Shown piece after piece: positions 59,766 to 64,000 of a stretch of DNA of 64,000 bases. Numbering within the stretch: the stretch's first letter is position 1; every line of letters starts with the position of its first letter. The position numbers were made by a program, and so were the translations under genes. Source of the stretch: Alistipes sp. CAG:435 (GTDB lineage Bacteria; Bacteroidota; Bacteroidia; Bacteroidales; UBA932); NCBI GenBank assembly GCA_000433355.1, contig FR893142.1, positions 4,772-68,771 on the forward strand, in the 5' to 3' direction. The notes under the pieces are model-generated. The model did no database searches and had not been told where the DNA came from. It saw only the letters and a list, made by a program, of their open reading frames with translations.

Positions 59766-61373
59766 ATGGAAGAAAATTTGAATGGTGGTCAAGAGAACCA
59801 CGAGGAGCGTAGGGATTACGCTGCAGAAGGACCAAAAACAGGTTATTCATCTGAGGGCAGGAAACTCAGGCCAAGAAAGAAGGTAGTGCCTGCCGCTTCA
59901 TCCTCCGCTGACGGAGAGTACAAGTCTTACGACAATCACAGGAGTTACTCCAGCGACAATCGTGGTGGCTACGGTCAGCGCGGTGGTTACCAGAGCCGTG
60001 GAGGCAACAGCAGAGGAGGATATTCATCAGACCGCAGAAGCGGCTATGGAGACCGCAGCGGTGGCTATGGCCAGCGCAGAAGCTACGGTGACAACGCCGA
60101 AGGCGGAGAGAGAAGATCTTCATCTTACGGACAGAGCCGTCCTTCTTACGGGGACAGTCCGTCTTACGGACAGAGAAGAAGCTATGGCAGCAACAACTAC
60201 GATGGAGGCGAGAGGAGATCATCCTACGGTCGCCCTTCATTCGGCGAGGGTCGTCCTTCCTACGGGGACAGGCCGTCTTACGGACAGAGAAGAAGCTATG
60301 GCAACAACTCCGAGGGAGAGGAGAGAAGATCGTCATACGGACAGAGCCGTCCTTCATTCGGCGAGGGCCGTCCATCCTATGGACAGAGAAGAAGTTACGG
60401 CGGCAGCCAGGAAGGCGGCGAGAGAAGGCCGTCATATTCAAGAAAACCGGCCGGCGGCCACGGATTCGGCCCTAAGCAGGGAGGTTTCTCAGCCGGCAGA
60501 GGCGCCGGACATCAGGGACCTAAGAAGTTCGGCCGCAAGGACGAGCCGCATTTCACCGAGGCTGACGAAGCCGGAATCAACCAGATGCTTTCAAGGAAGC
60601 CACAGATTGACGCGGCGTTTTCCGACAACGACAACGTTCCTACACCTATCAAGGAAGAGATACGTCTGAACAAGTACATCGCCAATTCCGGAGTGTGCTC
60701 ACGCCGCGAGGCTGACAACTTCATTCAGGCCGGCGTCGTGACCGTAAACGGCGAGGTTGTGACCGAGCTTGGGACAAAGGTCAACGTCCTCAAGGACGAC
60801 ATCCGTTTCAACGGAGAGAGACTCAAGGGCGAGGAGAAAGTTTACATCGTGATGAACAAGCCGAAAGGCTTCGTCACCAGTGCGAGCGACCCTCACGCCG
60901 AGAAGACCGTCATGGATCTGCTCAAGGGCTGCAAGCTCCGCGTGTTCCCTGTCGGAAGGCTTGACAAGAACACCACTGGTGTGCTGATGTTCACCAACGA
61001 CGGTGAGATCGCCGAGCAGCTCACACACCCTTCCTACAACAAGAAGAAGATCTACCAGGTCATCCTCGACAAGCCGCTTGAGGAGGCCGACAAGGAGAAG
61101 ATCCTCACAGAGGGTCTCGACCTCAACGACGGCAACATCAAAGCCGACGAGCTTGAATATATCGACGCTGAGGACCACAGACGTCTCGGCATCGAGATCC
61201 ACTCCGGCAAGAACAGGATCGTCAGAAGGATCTTCGAATCCCTCGGCTACGACGTGAAGGCTCTTGACAGGGTTTACTTCGCGGGTCTCACCAAGAAGGG
61301 CCTCAAGAAGGGCGAGTGGAGATACCTCAGCGAGGGCGAGGTCAATGTCCTCAAGATGGGGGCCTATGTCTAG
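59766..61373 (+). CDS. rluB: RluB/RsuA-family pseudouridine synthase with a roughly 270-aa N-terminal RG/SYG-rich repetitive tail
   Basis: C-terminal S4 domain (IRLNKYIANSGVCSRREAD) and a PseudoU_synth_2 catalytic domain (FPVGRLDKNTTGVLMFTNDG). The N-terminus has tandem approximately 35-aa repeats ERRSSYGQSRPSFGEGRPSYGQRRSYG. Confidence 0.75.
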   Translation: MEENLNGGQENHEERRDYAAEGPKTGYSSEGRKLRPRKKVVPAASSSADGEYKSYDNHRSYSSDNRGGYGQRGGYQSRGGNSRGGYSSDRRSGYGDRSGGYGQRRSYGDNAEGGERRSSSYGQSRPSYGDSPSYGQRRSYGSNNYDGGERRSSYGRPSFGEGRPSYGDRPSYGQRRSYGNNSEGEERRSSYGQSRPSFGEGRPSYGQRRSYGGSQEGGERRPSYSRKPAGGHGFGPKQGGFSAGRGAGHQGPKKFGRKDEPHFTEADEAGINQMLSRKPQIDAAFSDNDNVPTPIKEEIRLNKYIANSGVCSRREADNFIQAGVVTVNGEVVTELGTKVNVLKDDIRFNGERLKGEEKVYIVMNKPKGFVTSASDPHAEKTVMDLLKGCKLRVFPVGRLDKNTTGVLMFTNDGEIAEQLTHPSYNKKKIYQVILDKPLEEADKEKILTEGLDLNDGNIKADELEYIDAEDHRRLGIEIHSGKNRIVRRIFESLGYDVKALDRVYFAGLTKKGLKKGEWRYLSEGEVNVLKMGAYV

Positions 61374-62268
61374 TCCGGACAAACACACTGAACACAGAGC
61401 TGGATTTGTCAACATCATCGGTAATCCGAATGTTGGCAAATCCACGCTTATGAATGCCCTGGTAGGAGAGAAACTGTCCATCGTCACGGCGAAGGCGCAG
61501 ACCACCCGGCACAGGATCATGGGCATCGTCAACACCGACGACTGCCAGATCGTCTACTCGGACACTCCCGGTATGCTCAAACCGAACTACCGCCTGCAGG
61601 AGGATATGATGAAGTTCGTGGACGCCGCCATCGGGGACGCGGACATCATCCTCTACGTGACGGACGTGGTTGAAAAGAGCGACAAGAACATTGAATATAT
61701 TCAAAAACTCCAGAAGCTGGATTGCCCGGTGGTGGTCGTCATCAACAAGATTGATGTCAGCGACCAGAAGACGGTGACCGACCTGATCGCCTACTGGCAG
61801 GAGCAGCTTCCGAAAGCGACCATAATTCCGGTGTCGGCCAAGGAGAGGTTCAACCTTGAGAGTGTGCTGAACGCAGTGATGAGCGGGCTTCCGGTCGCGC
61901 CGCCGTGGTTCGACAAGGACCAGTTCACCGACAAGAACCTCCGTTTCTTCGCCTCCGAGATCATCAGAGAGAAGATTCTGGAGAACTACAGCCAGGAAGT
62001 GCCTTACAGCTGCGAGGTGGCCGTGGAGGCTTTCAAGGAAGGCCGTGAAAGGTACGAGATCAGCGCCGTCATATACGTGATGCGTGACTCCCAGAAGGGC
62101 ATCATCATCGGCAAGGGAGGCTCGGCTTTGAAGAAGATCGGCACGGAGGCCAGACTGGAGATGGAGGACTTTTTCCAGAAGAAGGTCTTCCTTCAGCTGT
62201 TCGTGAAGGTCAATCCGGACTGGAGGGAGAACCGCAAGGAACTCAGGAAGTTCGGGTACGAGGAATAA
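61366..62268 (+). CDS. era: GTPase Era
   Basis: The start was moved to MSSPDKH, overlapping the rluB stop by 8 nt. G1 GNPNVGKST, G3 DTPG, and a KH domain at the C-terminus. Confidence 0.8.
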   Translation: MSSPDKHTEHRAGFVNIIGNPNVGKSTLMNALVGEKLSIVTAKAQTTRHRIMGIVNTDDCQIVYSDTPGMLKPNYRLQEDMMKFVDAAIGDADIILYVTDVVEKSDKNIEYIQKLQKLDCPVVVVINKIDVSDQKTVTDLIAYWQEQLPKATIIPVSAKERFNLESVLNAVMSGLPVAPPWFDKDQFTDKNLRFFASEIIREKILENYSQEVPYSCEVAVEAFKEGRERYEISAVIYVMRDSQKGIIIGKGGSALKKIGTEARLEMEDFFQKKVFLQLFVKVNPDWRENRKELRKFGYEE

Positions 62269-62309
62269 CATTGGACAAAATAATTAATAATCATTAGAGG
62301 AATATCTTG

Positions 62310-64000
62310 ATATGGCAAAGGACGACGAGTGGGATGACATAGAGACTCCGGAAGGAGGCAACGAGGACGAGGAACTGAACGAGGAGCCGATTGACGAGAC
62401 ATCGGCGAAATCTTCAGGGAAATACGACAAGCTGCTTAGTTCCGACAGCAGGAAGTACAAGCTTTCGGGAATGTTCAAGGACTGGTTCCTGGACTATTCC
62501 TCATACGTCATTCTGCAAAGGGCCGTCCCACACATCGTTGACGGACTCAAACCGGTGCAGAGACGTGTGCTTCACGCCATGTTCAGAATGGACGACGGAA
62601 GCTACACTAAGGTGGCCAACATCGTCGGCCAGGCGATGCAGTACCACCCGCACGGTGACGCGTCTATCCTCGGAGCCCTCGTACAGCTCGGCCAGAAAGG
62701 CCTTCTGATCGACTGTCAGGGAAACTGGGGTAACATCCTTACCGGTGACAGCAACGCTGCGCCCCGTTACATCGAAGCCCGTCTGAGCAAATTCGCCAAG
62801 GAGGTCGTCTTCGACCCGAAGATCACCAACTGGATGACATCCTACGACGGACGTAACCAGGAGCCGACCGAGCTTCCGGTCCGTTTCCCGCTCCTGCTCG
62901 CTCAGGGCACCGAGGGAATCGCCGTCGGAATGGCCTCCAAGATACTCCCTCACAACTTCAACGAACTCATCGACGCGTCTGTGAAGATTCTTGAGGGCGA
63001 GGATTTCACGATCTACCCGGACTTCCCTACCGGTGGCTCGGCTGACTGCAGCAACTACAAGGACGGAGCCAGGGGCGGAAGCGTGAAGGTCCGCGCCAAA
63101 ATCGAGAAGATCGACAAGAACACGGTGGCCATCACCGAGATCCCTTACGGAAAGACATCCCACATCCTCATCGACTCGATTCTGAAAGCCAAGGACAAAG
63201 GCAAGATCAAGATCAAGAAGATCGAGGATATGACCACGGAAAAGGTCGAGATCCTGATCCATCTTCCGAACGACGTGTCACCGGACAAGACGATCGACGC
63301 GCTGTACGCATTCACGGACTGCGAGTGCAACATCGCCCCGAACGCCTGCGTCATCGTGGACAACAAGCCTCAGTTCCTCTCTGTCAAGGACATACTGATC
63401 TACGACACGAACCACACGAGGGATCTTCTAAAGTGGCAGCTTGACATCAGGCTCGCCGAGCTTGAGGACCAGTGGCACTACACATCCCTCGAAAGGATAT
63501 TCTTTGAGAACAAGGTCTATAAGATCCTGGAGCAGAACCAAAACAGCTGGGAGCAGCAGCTGCAGGACGTGTTCACGGAGATGAAGACCTATCAGGACAT
63601 TCTCCGCCGCGAGATCATGATGGAGGACATCGAGAAACTTGTCGAGAAGCCTGTCCGCAAGATCTCCAAGTTCGACACCAAGGCCATCGACGAGAAGATC
63701 GCCGCCATCGAGGCGGAGATGGAGACCGTCAAGAACAACATAGAGCACATCACAGAATACACCATCGACTGGTTCAAGATGCTCAAGGCGAAATACGGCA
63801 AGCCTTTCGTAAGGCAGACCGAAATCACAGCGTTCGAGAGCATAGCCGTCACCAAGGTGGTCAGCAACAACGCGAAACTCTACGCGAACTACGAGGAGGG
63901 ATTCGTCGGGCTGAACCTCAAGAAGGACGACAACGGCACCTACATCTGCGACTGCTCCGACCTTTCAGAGGTCATCGTCATAGGCAAGGACGGCAAGTAC
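62310..64000 (+). CDS. parC: DNA topoisomerase IV subunit A / GyrA-like, partial (runs off the window end)
   Basis: Open frame from the ATG at 62310 to the window end. Conserved blocks VILQRAVPHIVDGLKPVQRRVLHAMF, AMQYHPHGDASI and RYIEARLS. The track missed it because no stop falls inside the window. Confidence 0.8.

Noticed and set aside
60699-62271. Minus-strand ORFs of 278 and 306 aa antisense to rluB and era.
   Set aside because: These are shadow frames opposite conserved Era and RluB sequences. No motifs are present.
1-64000. CRISPR arrays, rRNA genes, IS elements or transposases.
   Set aside because: No regularly spaced short direct repeats, no rRNA-like conserved stretches and no transposase or integrase-like ORFs were seen anywhere in the window.

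Overview
This window is a chromosomal segment from a Bacteroidota (Bacteroidales-type) genome. Three things support that: the gene content, lipoprotein signals of the form (L/V)SSC, and TTTG / TAnnTTTG promoter boxes. The sequence is GC-rich by eye and densely coded on both strands. Most of it is core metabolism and housekeeping, and there is no CRISPR array, rRNA, integrase or transposase.

Main gene groups:
- Sugar use: a GH2-uxuB-uxuA hexuronate operon, a minimal fucI-fucP pair, and a large GH106-like hydrolase.
- Central metabolism and housekeeping: pta/ackA, mdh, lepA, rsmD, nrnA, truA, tsaE, rluB, era, parC, comEC, comM, a MATE exporter, an ECF sigma / anti-sigma pair, and a LemA-DUF2207 pair.
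- The complete Bacteroides aerotolerance (Bat) operon: moxR, DUF58, a hypothetical, batA, batB, batC and a batD/E fusion.
- An exbB-exbD-tonB operon.

Four parts look accessory or unusual:
- A roughly 2.4 kb islet sits at the 3' end of truA, flanked by 41-bp direct repeats that duplicate the truA C-terminus. It carries a tightly coupled three-gene operon: an AbiEi-like winged-HTH protein, an AbiEii-like Pol-beta nucleotidyltransferase, and a calcineurin-like metallophosphoesterase. A perfect palindromic operator lies in its promoter. This is the best candidate for a previously undescribed defence/TA-type system.
- A decayed RiPP/lasso-like locus lies next to tRNA-Pro. It has a PqqD-like RRE protein, a small ORF, an HPr-kinase-like P-loop protein, an S24 peptidase, and an ABC exporter broken by two frameshifts.
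- A roughly 150-nt conserved intergenic element occurs twice, about 10.6 kb apart, and has a hairpin core.
- A cluster of strong hairpins lies between tsaE and comM.

The ORF track renders GTG/TTG starts as M. Several starts were moved to internal ATGs where signal peptides or overlaps indicated it.
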